NCBI GenBank assembly: GCA_963828715.1
Contig: CAWHFX010000002.1
Location: forward strand, 617,847-681,846
From: an uncultured beta proteobacterium
Lineage (GTDB): Bacteria > Pseudomonadota > Gammaproteobacteria > Burkholderiales > SG8-41
DNA length: 64,000 nucleotides
Direction: 5' to 3'
Positions 34,050 to 43,258 of the stretch are shown here, piece by piece. Position numbers and translations under genes: made by a program. Positions within the stretch are counted from its first letter, which is position 1. Each line of letters opens with the position of its first letter. The notes under the pieces were generated by a model. It saw nothing but the letters and a program-made list of their open reading frames with translations. It ran no database searches and was not told the DNA's origin.

Positions 34050-35000
34050 CTACGCATCTTCCAGCGCTGATCGCACGTCGGCGCGGCCGAGCAGCGAGCG
34101 CACGCAGATTCCGATCGCCTGCGCTTGTCCGAGCGTATTCTGCAGTCCTGCCGCATCGCGCCGTATGAGCGCGGCGAGCCCCTGACTCGCGCACTTCGCC
34201 GTCAGCATGGCGAGACAGGCCGAGCGCGAAAGCTCGGGATGCGACGATGCGAAGTAAAAGGTTGCAAGCGATGATTTGTGGCCGCGAAAGCGGTGCACCG
34301 CGTTGGGCGGAAACTGATCGAACGTCGCGACAACACGCACCTTCGCGTCCGCGCACACGTAAAGCGGATGTTGCTTGCCGACAGGGTAGCTGAACCGGAT
34401 GTCCTCGCCGATTGCCCAGCGCGTCCTCAACTCGGGCTGGCGATACTGCGCGAGGATATCGCGCCTCCAGACGGTATAGCCACCGCCGAGCCATTGTGTC
34501 CGGATGTCATGGTCGATCGCATCGATACGCGAGTTGTAACCCGAGCGCAACACGCGGCCCGGTGCCGGAGAGCGAACGAAAAGGCGTGCAAGCCAGGATG
34601 TGCGATACGGGGGCGCGTTGACGACGTTGAAGCCCACGCCGGCGGTGTCCGGCTCCGCGCGATTCCAGAATTCGATCATGCGCTCGAGCGCATCGGGTTC
34701 GAGGATAAGGTCGTCGTCGAGGAAGCCGATGAGCGGCGTGCGTTCATCCATGTGCGCGAGACCCAGATTGCGCTGGCGGATCTGGCCCGGCGGCTCGCAG
34801 TGGAAATACTCGACCGGCAAACGATCGCGAAAGCCGAGGACGTCGTCTTCGATGCGCATCCCGCTCGCCACGACAATCACGCGCCCGCACGGAACGGTCT
34901 GCGCGGCAAGGCTGTCGAGGAGGCTGCGGACGAGAGCAGGCCGGTCCTTGGTGGGAATGAGCCACGCCAGATCGCGACCGGTGTATGAACGCCGCGTCAT
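34050..35000 (-). CDS. glycosyltransferase family 2
   Basis: WLIPTKDRPALVRSLLDSLAAQT...IGFLDDDLILEP (DxD). Confidence 0.7.
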   Translation of the reverse strand: MTRRSYTGRDLAWLIPTKDRPALVRSLLDSLAAQTVPCGRVIVVASGMRIEDDVLGFRDRLPVEYFHCEPPGQIRQRNLGLAHMDERTPLIGFLDDDLILEPDALERMIEFWNRAEPDTAGVGFNVVNAPPYRTSWLARLFVRSPAPGRVLRSGYNSRIDAIDHDIRTQWLGGGYTVWRRDILAQYRQPELRTRWAIGEDIRFSYPVGKQHPLYVCADAKVRVVATFDQFPPNAVHRFRGHKSSLATFYFASSHPELSRSACLAMLTAKCASQGLAALIRRDAAGLQNTLGQAQAIGICVRSLLGRADVRSALEDA

Positions 35001-36682
35001 CAGCCGAGCACCGCGTGCGTCATCTGCCGCATTGCTTCTGTGCTCGGCGCGCGCAGGTATGTTTCCGCATAGTCGCGCGCCTCGGCCCTCAATGCTGCGA
35101 GCGCCTGTGCGTCCATGCGGCCCACGCGATCGATCGTGTCGGCAAGCGCTTTCCCTCCGCTCACGCCGAATTTGAAGCGATAGTCACCGATGATCGGATC
35201 GCCGCTCGGCAGATCCCCGATCTCGACGTAAACGGGCAGGCGCCCGTAGAGCATGCCTTCGAGAGCGACCGTGGAAGAACTGTATGCCACCGCGCTTACG
35301 CGCGAGAGGTCTTCCGCCAGAGTACGTCCAGTCGAGAGCTGCACGTTCGGTTTCGAAGCGAACAGTGCGAAGAGGTCTTCCACCGGGATGGTGGGATGCG
35401 TGCGCACGATGAACGACACGCGAGTGAGCGCCGCGGCTTCGTGCGTCGTCTTGAGCAGGCTCAGCGCTTCGTTGCGGTTGGACGAAATCGCGACAAGCAC
35501 CGCAGCCGATGTTGGTGGGGGCACGTTTTGCCGGACCGTGCGCAGACTTGCGCCAACCGTGATTCTGCCGGCGAGCGTGGGCGCCCATTCCTTCAGCAGA
35601 CTTTCCGTTTGAGCGCCGATCGTGACGATACAGTCGGGCAGATATCGCGAAGCGTCTTCTCCGTCGGCGATGTGAAACGCGAGATGGCGCGGCGTGATGG
35701 ACGAGTGCTGATAGCCCACGCGCCGATGGACGCCATGACGCTGCGCCTGTGCGAGAAGATGCTTTTCCCAGCTCCGATTTTCGAATGGATAGACGAGCAC
35801 GTCCGCGCGCACGTGTCTCAGCATGCCGGCGAAACCGACTTCGAGGACTCGCTGCATGAAATACTCGCCCGAGCGGATTTCGGTCAGACGCATGTACCGA
35901 TGCAGTGCGGCAAGCGAGGCGTGCTGCGGGACCTTCGCGTCGCGTGCCGCCCAGAACAGAGCGCGGAACCATGCGCAGACGACCGACAGCGGCGTTACGA
36001 AGGCCTCGAATGGCGCACGCGCTGCATCCGCCGGCAAACGCACGGTCGATCCCGATGCGAGATAAACCGTACGCGTGGGCGCTTCATTGCCAAGGGTTTG
36101 CGCCAGATCACCGAAGTACGCGTCCGCGGACTGGCGCGGCACACCGCTGCTCAAGGTAAAGAACAGAACTCGTGCGGAGAATCGGCTGGCTCTGTTCAGA
36201 ACCGTTCGCAGGAGGGTGCGCGTGAAGCGTGCCCACGCCCGTCGCGAGGGGAGCGTGGACGTTCGCCCCACGGGTACGCCGCAGAAGAGCTCTGCGAAGA
36301 GCGAACGCAGGCGTGGATCGGGTGCGAGGACCAGAACGTCGCGATCAGGGTATGCGGCAGCCGAAGCCTTCACGAGAAATACATTCTGCAGATCCTGGTA
36401 GCCGGGTATCGATAGCACGACTTTCGACGAATAGGCGAAGCGCCAATTCGGATCGGACTGCGCGGCTTCACCGAAAAACTCATGAATCGCAGTCAGCGCT
36501 GCGCGCCGAATGCGTTCGTCGGCATCGAGCGCGCTGTGCCCACGCTGCCGCACGGATTCCTCCAGACGGAGCACCTCGGCCGGAACGAGCCGGTCGCGGT
36601 TACAGATCGCGTATGCGCATGAGGTCGCACCCGCGAGCGCATCCGCAAAAACCTGCAGATCGTGAAAGAGGCGCAACGGCAT
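35000..36682 (-). CDS. uncharacterised surface-carbohydrate biosynthesis protein (possible GT-B-like transferase)
   Basis: 560 aa ORF with coding-like composition in a polysaccharide operon. I see no diagnostic motif. Tentatively resembles the family annotated 'surface carbohydrate biosynthesis protein' (from memory only). Confidence 0.4.
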   Translation of the reverse strand: MPLRLFHDLQVFADALAGATSCAYAICNRDRLVPAEVLRLEESVRQRGHSALDADERIRRAALTAIHEFFGEAAQSDPNWRFAYSSKVVLSIPGYQDLQNVFLVKASAAAYPDRDVLVLAPDPRLRSLFAELFCGVPVGRTSTLPSRRAWARFTRTLLRTVLNRASRFSARVLFFTLSSGVPRQSADAYFGDLAQTLGNEAPTRTVYLASGSTVRLPADAARAPFEAFVTPLSVVCAWFRALFWAARDAKVPQHASLAALHRYMRLTEIRSGEYFMQRVLEVGFAGMLRHVRADVLVYPFENRSWEKHLLAQAQRHGVHRRVGYQHSSITPRHLAFHIADGEDASRYLPDCIVTIGAQTESLLKEWAPTLAGRITVGASLRTVRQNVPPPTSAAVLVAISSNRNEALSLLKTTHEAAALTRVSFIVRTHPTIPVEDLFALFASKPNVQLSTGRTLAEDLSRVSAVAYSSSTVALEGMLYGRLPVYVEIGDLPSGDPIIGDYRFKFGVSGGKALADTIDRVGRMDAQALAALRAEARDYAETYLRAPSTEAMRQMTHAVLG

Positions 36683-36711
36683 GAGCCGTTACACGCGGAG
36701 AACACTGACGG

Positions 36712-37845
36712 CTATTCGCCCTTCGCGCGATACTGCTCGCTCAGGCGCTCGTTCTCGAGCTCTCTGCCGTCCACCAGATTGTACAAGTCGGTATTGGATA
36801 GCTTGACCGCTTCTTCCGGTGGCAGGTTGTGGCGGTTCGTATAGATCAGCGCGTCGGCATGCGGGCGAAGCTGATCGCACTGGTCGCAGTAAGGGAACAT
36901 GCCAAACTCTTTCGCGCGATGGGCGAACCGCAACAGCCGGTATTTCGGGCTGTTGAGTAGTTCGAGGACGCCCTGCTCGAAGGCGTTGCCGAGCACGATG
37001 TGATTGTTGTAGTCGTAGCAGCAGGGTATCACCTCCCCGTTCCACTGGATCTGGAACGGGCCGTTCTCGGGGCGTCCGCAGGTGGTCTTGTCTTCGCTGC
37101 GTGCGCGATAGTCGCGGCCATCGCCGAAATTGTGCGGCTTCCATATTTCGACGGCATTCACACGCGGCACCCAGAATTCGCGGAAAGCGTCGGTATCCGA
37201 CTTGTTTTCCGGCAGCTCGAGGTAGGAGATCTGGACGCGCGTGTTCGACCCGAGCTCTCCGCGGATGCGCAGAAACTCGAGGACGCCCTTCATCGTTCGG
37301 TTGAAATCGAGCCCCTGCATCACGGCGTTGTAAGTTTCCGGACGCATGCCATAGAAGCTCACGCGCATCTCGGAGAGCCCGGACTCCATCAGCTTGCGCG
37401 AGCGTCGCGGCGTTAGCGCCGAACCGTTCGTAATGAAGTAAGTGGACAGGCCCTTGCCGTGCGCGTACGCGATCTTGTCTTCGAGGCGCTTGTCGAGCAT
37501 CGGCTCGCCGAAGCCCGTCAGCACGATCTTTTTCGCCCCGAGCTGCACGACTTCATCGATGCTGCGCTCGTACTTCCCCTGGTCCATGATGCCGTGCTCG
37601 CGGCCGTGCTCGTGCTTGTCGCGCGGGCACATGATGCAGGTCGCGTTGCAGTTGTCCGTGACTTCGTAGCGGACTTCGGGGTGGAGGAGGCGGGTGATCT
37701 CCGGCTCGTTTTCGAGCTCGCGCAGAAGAGCCGCGAGACGCGCCGACTCCGCGACGACGCTGCCATCCGCAAGCAGCCGCGGCTGTCCGTAGCGGTCCTC
37801 GTCCAGGGCGCGGATTGGAATAATGCGTTTAGCGGTTGCCAGCAC
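36712..37845 (-). CDS. radical SAM enzyme with a SPASM-like C-terminal Cys cluster
   Basis: CNATCIMC (CX3CX2C), GFGEPML, and C-terminal CGRPENGPFQIQWNGEVIPCCYDYN...CDQCDQ. Confidence 0.8.
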   Translation of the reverse strand: MLATAKRIIPIRALDEDRYGQPRLLADGSVVAESARLAALLRELENEPEITRLLHPEVRYEVTDNCNATCIMCPRDKHEHGREHGIMDQGKYERSIDEVVQLGAKKIVLTGFGEPMLDKRLEDKIAYAHGKGLSTYFITNGSALTPRRSRKLMESGLSEMRVSFYGMRPETYNAVMQGLDFNRTMKGVLEFLRIRGELGSNTRVQISYLELPENKSDTDAFREFWVPRVNAVEIWKPHNFGDGRDYRARSEDKTTCGRPENGPFQIQWNGEVIPCCYDYNNHIVLGNAFEQGVLELLNSPKYRLLRFAHRAKEFGMFPYCDQCDQLRPHADALIYTNRHNLPPEEAVKLSNTDLYNLVDGRELENERLSEQYRAKGE

Positions 37846-38392
37846 CGGTGGTTCCTTGAATTAACGCGCGATTTTACACGAAGTCACTGATTCGTTGCAG
37901 TTTATCGGCTTACTTATCCTGCGGTGAAACCTGAGCCGAGCGATGTCGGGACTGCAGACCCTCCAGGCTGGCGAAATCTCGTGGGCTCGCATGCGACCGT
38001 AGTCCGATATGAGGCAAGGCGCGCCGCTCCGAGTTCCGCAGACTGCTCACATTCCGATTGCCCACGGTCCGAGTTGTCGTGCGGGCGTGAGCCGGCGCGG
38101 CAGAAAGACGTTTTGAAGCGTCGTTCAGGACGTACTATTTCTGGCCAAGTCTCTGAAAAACTGAGGACAACTTGAAATTGAAGACCGTAACGACGCTTTA
38201 CGAAGCGTCGTTTATGAACACTGCTTCTCGTTGAACTAAACCGCTTCTCGGTGGTTGTCGCACTGCCTGCTGTTCTCTCCGCGCTGGTCGATAGTCGATT
38301 GCCGTTGCTGATCGTGCGGGCCGCGAGGACGCTGGTGCGCCTGTGTCAGGCTGTTTTCGGGAATGTTCCCGAGCTTGATACAGGAGACCGTG

Positions 38393-38470
38393 ATGAGCGC
38401 GTTGCGCAAGCAGATGGAAGAAGCGATGGCCGTGCGCGGGTTGGCCCACCGCACACACAACGCTTCGGTT
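38393..38470 (+). pseudogene. remnant of the N-terminus of a tyrosine recombinase/integrase (SAM-like N-terminal domain); about 26 codons only
   Basis: MSALRKQMEEAMAVRGLAHRTHNASV matches the stereotyped start of IS91/Tn-associated phage-integrase-family proteins (MSxLRxxMIEDMxLRGLSxxTQxxY). Similarity stops where the antisense methyltransferase gene begins. Confidence 0.5.
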
Positions 38471-38478
38471 GCTTTAGT

Positions 38479-39363
38479 TCATTCCTTGCACAGGAACACC
38501 AACATATCGTGGCCCGCGCCCATCCAGCGAGATGGCATATTGAGCAGCTCAGAGCCAATCTTGGCGACAGCATGGAGAGGTGTGGATACGGCGTGTTTTT
38601 CAACAAAGCGAACGTTGCGCGTTTCAATGTCTACCAGTTTAAGCCCGCTACGCTGCGCAGCTATACTCATTGAACACGGATTGAAGAAACTGATGTGGCC
38701 ACCCATGCGCCAAAGATCAAAGCCATCCCAGCGGGCACCCATGATGCGCGCAGTCCAGCTGGCCGAATTCGGTGTATTGACAACCAAAATACCGCCGACA
38801 CTTAGAATTCGCGCACACTCCCTGAGCATCACGAGCGGGTCGGTTAGGTGCTCGAGCAGCTCTAACAGCGTAATCACGTCAAATGCGGCGTCGCCGAAAC
38901 GCAGTTCATTCAAATAACCACTGTATACGTTAAGTCCCTTTGCCCGCGCCGCTTCGGCAGGCCTTTCTGCCGGTTCAACACCTGTCGCGTCAATGCCCAT
39001 GCTTAGCGCCACAGCGAGCAGGGCACCGGAAGAACAACCGACATCCAAGAGGCGAACTGGGTGCAAAGCTTTGGGAAGCAGACGGAGTCCTTTACTTAAA
39101 CGCCGCCGCGCAACGATTTCGTGCCGTTTAACCGACTCCACCGAGGGTTCTGTCCCGTTGGCGGTATTCCATTTTTTCAGTGCCGCGCGGTAGTCATTGG
39201 GCGAACACTGGCTGATTAGCTGAGTGCATTCGCGGCACCGCAAAAGCTCGCCCTCGGTAGTGACGATCCCTGAGTCGACCAGCCCGCCTTCGCAGCCGAG
39301 AGGGCAATTCGTCAGTAATCTATGCTCTGTCATGCGCAAACCGCTGTTAATTGCTCGCGCCAT
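38479..39363 (-). CDS. class I SAM-dependent methyltransferase with an N-terminal Cys4 zinc-ribbon-like segment
   Basis: In ORF 38479..39702. Candidate ATGs at 39363 and 39333 (MTEHRLL...). CPLGC...CRECTQ, then motif I LLDVGCSSGALL and LLELLEH. Visibly more A+T-rich than its neighbours. Confidence 0.75.
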   Translation of the reverse strand: MARAINSGLRMTEHRLLTNCPLGCEGGLVDSGIVTTEGELLRCRECTQLISQCSPNDYRAALKKWNTANGTEPSVESVKRHEIVARRRLSKGLRLLPKALHPVRLLDVGCSSGALLAVALSMGIDATGVEPAERPAEAARAKGLNVYSGYLNELRFGDAAFDVITLLELLEHLTDPLVMLRECARILSVGGILVVNTPNSASWTARIMGARWDGFDLWRMGGHISFFNPCSMSIAAQRSGLKLVDIETRNVRFVEKHAVSTPLHAVAKIGSELLNMPSRWMGAGHDMLVFLCKE

Positions 39364-39434
39364 AGAAAGATAGGCTAAGAACACGCGCGGACTTTGTCTA
39401 CCGCCGTCGCTTCGCGAAGCCGCGAACGGCCCTG

Positions 39435-40487
39435 CTAGTGCTGACCCGGCACTGCACGAGCGAACGCATTCAGCCGCGACACCAGCTTCTGTGTTGCCGA
39501 CGCGTGCACATCGAAATAGTCGTCGAACGAACGAAGCAGATGGTCGCGGAAACTCGCGTCCGATAACAAGCGCCTCAGCGACGGCTCGACGGACTTCGCC
39601 GAACTCACGACATCGACGGCCCCCGCCGTGCAGAACGGCGGAACCGCATAGCCCTTCTTCTCGCGCAGACGTGCACCGCCCGCATCCGGCAGCAGCACGC
39701 AAAGGCCCGGTATGCCGTAGAAGCCCGCTTCGATGGCGACCGAGGAGAATTGCGTGATGACGAGTCGCGGGCCGGCAGCAAGCGCATCAGCCACACTCAG
39801 CGCCGTCATGTCCTCATAAGCGATTGCTGCGTCTTCGAGTAGCTTCTGATAGCTACCGTCCGCATAGCCCGGATCGCGGGGATGTGCTTTCAGCATGACG
39901 CTCGCGCCGCACGGGCGCAGCGCCGGGACCAGTGCGTTCAGCGTCCGGAGGCAATCCGCGGTTTCGGGCTGCCCGGCCCACAGCACGGGAGGACTCCGCG
40001 CGTTCTGTAGACGCCAGCGTGCTTCTGTCGCTTCTCTTAGCTCGGCGAGCCGCGCGCGATACACGTCGTAGCGCGCCGGACTCAGGACCTCGCACGGCGG
40101 TGCCAAACGACCGAGCTTTTGCACGCACAGTTCACGTGCAGGCAGGCTTTCCACGATCGCGAGGCTCGCTTCGCCGCCCCGCACATCGGAGTAGTTACCG
40201 GGAAAGTCTTCGATAGCGACGACCGGAAAACCGGCTGCCCGCGCACTGCGTCGCGCTGCGCTCTCGACGCGGCGACCCCGATCGCTGTCGGATGTGCCGA
40301 CAACCAGCACCGATGCGACCGTGTTCGCAAAGCGCTTCCGCCAATACGCTTCGTCCGCGCACTCGGCTGAAGCGATGTCCTCCAGCGCGACGTCGAGCGC
40401 GTCTCCAACCGGCTTCAGCGCATCGCGCGCACCTCCGTCGCACGCGACGAGTACGAAACGCATGAAGTCCGGCGCGTTTGCCGCCAC
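39435..40487 (-). CDS. hypothetical protein, possibly a GT-B-fold transferase
   Basis: 350 aa with two Rossmann-like halves (FVLVACDGG...VLVVGTS...; VLWAGQPE...VITQFSSVAIEAGFYGIP). No firm family assignment. Confidence 0.4.
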   Translation of the reverse strand: MAANAPDFMRFVLVACDGGARDALKPVGDALDVALEDIASAECADEAYWRKRFANTVASVLVVGTSDSDRGRRVESAARRSARAAGFPVVAIEDFPGNYSDVRGGEASLAIVESLPARELCVQKLGRLAPPCEVLSPARYDVYRARLAELREATEARWRLQNARSPPVLWAGQPETADCLRTLNALVPALRPCGASVMLKAHPRDPGYADGSYQKLLEDAAIAYEDMTALSVADALAAGPRLVITQFSSVAIEAGFYGIPGLCVLLPDAGGARLREKKGYAVPPFCTAGAVDVVSSAKSVEPSLRRLLSDASFRDHLLRSFDDYFDVHASATQKLVSRLNAFARAVPGQH

Positions 40488-41489
40488 TCAGTCGATGTTA
40501 CCCAGATTGCGTCCGCCGCTCGCCCATCCGCCGTACGTCGGAAAGAGCATCCGGTGCAGGCGGTAGAAGACATGCGAGAGCAGGCCGCGGCCACGGAAGT
40601 GAGGCACACGCGTCGATACGCGCACGTCCGCGCGCAGCCGCCGTTCGATCTCCGCTGCAATGCTCGGCTCAAAGAGACCGGTATTCGGCCGCAGCAACTC
40701 CAACGCGTAATCGACGTATCCGTAAAGCAGGCAGACAGACATCGCGCGCAGCAACACACCGCGGCGCACGTGCACTTCCGCCATGTCCGCGAGCCGTTGC
40801 TGAAATCGCTCTTCCGTAACGAAATACAACGCATCGCCGAAGACGAGCTGTCCTTTCGGACCGCCGAAGCGGGCGCCGTATAGACGTTTCCAGTAAGCAG
40901 GACGAAGATCGATGAGCTGAAGCCCGAGCGCGCGCAGAAACGCATCCAGTTCGCCGAAAGTGGGCTGTCCCACGTAGAGCGGGCCGAAATTCACTTCCAG
41001 CTCGACGCCGAATACGTGCTGCGCGAGCGTTCGCCGGGCGCCCTGGAGGATCGCAAGCTCCGCGCCCTGCGTGTCGATCTTGAGGAAATCGACCGCACCC
41101 ATATCGTTTGCCGCGAGGACGTTGTCGAGCGTGTCCGCACGCAATCGCACCTGCTTGACGACTTCGAAACGCTCGGCTTCCGGAAAGCGGCTCAGAAAAG
41201 CGTGATTTGCTTCGAGCAGAGAGGACGTACCGGGACTGCGCGCGAGATTCAGCGCGACCTCGCCCGGTGCGCCGTGGAGCGCCACGTCGAAGTAGATGCG
41301 CCCACGCTCCTGCTTGCTGGCAAGTCGCGCGAACTCTTCGGGATCGGGCTCGAAGCCGATGACGCGCAGGTGTCGTGTCGCCTTCCGCCAGTTCGGTTGC
41401 AGCCCGCCCCGCGCTCCGATGTCGACGAGCGTCAGCGGGTGAGCGGTGTATTCGGCTTCCGCGATGTTGCCGAAGTAAATGTCCATCAC
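40488..41489 (-). CDS. FkbM-family methyltransferase
   Basis: LVDIGARGG and DFLKIDTQGAELAIL motifs (Methyltransf_21). Confidence 0.8.
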   Translation of the reverse strand: MMDIYFGNIAEAEYTAHPLTLVDIGARGGLQPNWRKATRHLRVIGFEPDPEEFARLASKQERGRIYFDVALHGAPGEVALNLARSPGTSSLLEANHAFLSRFPEAERFEVVKQVRLRADTLDNVLAANDMGAVDFLKIDTQGAELAILQGARRTLAQHVFGVELEVNFGPLYVGQPTFGELDAFLRALGLQLIDLRPAYWKRLYGARFGGPKGQLVFGDALYFVTEERFQQRLADMAEVHVRRGVLLRAMSVCLLYGYVDYALELLRPNTGLFEPSIAAEIERRLRADVRVSTRVPHFRGRGLLSHVFYRLHRMLFPTYGGWASGGRNLGNID

Positions 41490-43258
41490 GCACCGGTCGC
41501 GACGTTGAAAATGCGTCGGTAGTGCTCGCCGCTATGCCGCAGCCGCGCCTGGGGGCCGGCCTCCACGACGCAGCCATCCTGGATCACGAGCACTTCGTCC
41601 ACCAGCGGCAGGAGTGTTTCCTTGTGGGTCACGAAAAGGATGCCGCGCCCGCCGCGCGCACCGACCAGGCTCGACATGATGCGCATCTCGGTCTCTGCGT
41701 CGAGCGCGCTGGTCGGCTCGTCCAGGATCAGCACCTCGGCTTCGGAGACGAACGCACGCGCGAGCGCGATGCGCTGGCGCTGGCCGCCCGAAAGCGACTG
41801 GCCGCGGTCTGCCAGCACGGTCTCGATGCCGCGCGGCATCTCACGTACGAACTCCGCCGCACCCGCTACTCGCAGCGCTGCTTCGATCGCCGCATCGCTC
41901 ACGTGCGGATTGCCGAGCCGGATGTTGTCGGCGATGGAAGCGTGAAAGAGAAACGGCTCCTGTCCGAGATAGCCGAAGCGCCGCCGCCACTCGCGCAGCC
42001 CCAGCGACTTCACGTCGATGTCATCGAGCATAAGACGGCCGCTTTGCGGCTCGATGAAGCGCAGGATGAGATCGATGATCGTCGACTTTCCCTCACCCGA
42101 CACGCCGACGATCGCGGTGACGCCGCCGAGATGGATCGAGGCCTGAAAGGCATCGAGCACGCGCTTCTCGTCGTATGCGAAGCTCACGTCCTCGAATCGA
42201 AGCGAGCGCCGCGCGAGGTCAGGCGGCACCGGCGCGCCGACGTCAGCCGCCGATTCGACCGGCACGTTCGTGCGCAGCTCGCAATACGTGCGCAGATTGG
42301 GAAGCGCCTGCATGATCTGCATGCGCGCGTTGCCCAGCGAGGACAGTGTCGGCAGCACGCGCGTAATGCCCAGGAAATAGACGGCGAGCGTCGGCACTTC
42401 GGACATGAGACTGTCGCCGCGCCCGATCGCGAGCAGGACGATCCCGAGGAAGAGTACGAGCACCATGTATTCCAGGGCGCGTGCCGGCAGCGATCCCCAG
42501 TACATCGACCGCTGCATCGCGAGCTGCGCGTCACGCGCCGCCTGGTCGAAATCGTGCACCCAGTCGGGAATCGCGAAAAGCGCTTTCAGATAGCGCACGC
42601 CGGTAATACCCTCGTTCACGATCTGCGTCTGGGCCTTCACCGCGGCGGCCTGCTCTTCCCCCGACTTGTACGAGACCTCGATACTCAGCCGGCGCACGAT
42701 GATGGTGTAGAACACCGCGATCGCCGCCGCTACCAGAAGGAGCGTCCACGACACCAGCGCGAGTGTGGCGAAGAGCGCTGCCATCATGATCCCCGTCGAG
42801 CTGTAGCGCGCGAGATGCAGATAGAACACCGCCGCGAAGGACGGTCCCTCCATGATGTGATAGAGGTGCTCGCCGCCCTTGTGCTGCACGAGGTAGCGCA
42901 GGTGCGCCGCCAGGTGCTGTTCGAGCATCTTGCGTTGCATGCTGCGGCGCATGTCAGTCCACAGTGCGCTCATGCGCCATTCGAGCCGTAACGTGAGCGC
43001 GAAACGCGCAGTCGCAAGGACGAAGACGACACCCGCTTGTGCCCAGAGGGGCATACCCGAGAGAAAGCCGCTGAGCGACGGGCGGCTCGGGGCGCCGCTC
43101 GACGTGTGCTCGCCGATCAGGTCCGCGACGAAGGCAAAGACCGCGATAAGCGTCGCAGATTCGACGACGGCAGCAATCGTTCCGAGCAGCGTGATGCGGG
43201 CGATGCTGCCGCGGTAGCCCTCGGCGCCGCGCCACGCGAGCTCGAGCAGCGGACTCAT
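41486..43258 (-). CDS. fused TMD-NBD ABC exporter (MsbA/PglK-like), candidate lipid-linked glycan flippase
   Basis: 590 aa with six TM segments, Walker A GVSGEGKSTI, signature LSGGQRQRIALARA and Walker B VLILDEPTSALD. Confidence 0.8.
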   Translation of the reverse strand: MSPLLELAWRGAEGYRGSIARITLLGTIAAVVESATLIAVFAFVADLIGEHTSSGAPSRPSLSGFLSGMPLWAQAGVVFVLATARFALTLRLEWRMSALWTDMRRSMQRKMLEQHLAAHLRYLVQHKGGEHLYHIMEGPSFAAVFYLHLARYSSTGIMMAALFATLALVSWTLLLVAAAIAVFYTIIVRRLSIEVSYKSGEEQAAAVKAQTQIVNEGITGVRYLKALFAIPDWVHDFDQAARDAQLAMQRSMYWGSLPARALEYMVLVLFLGIVLLAIGRGDSLMSEVPTLAVYFLGITRVLPTLSSLGNARMQIMQALPNLRTYCELRTNVPVESAADVGAPVPPDLARRSLRFEDVSFAYDEKRVLDAFQASIHLGGVTAIVGVSGEGKSTIIDLILRFIEPQSGRLMLDDIDVKSLGLREWRRRFGYLGQEPFLFHASIADNIRLGNPHVSDAAIEAALRVAGAAEFVREMPRGIETVLADRGQSLSGGQRQRIALARAFVSEAEVLILDEPTSALDAETEMRIMSSLVGARGGRGILFVTHKETLLPLVDEVLVIQDGCVVEAGPQARLRHSGEHYRRIFNVATGA

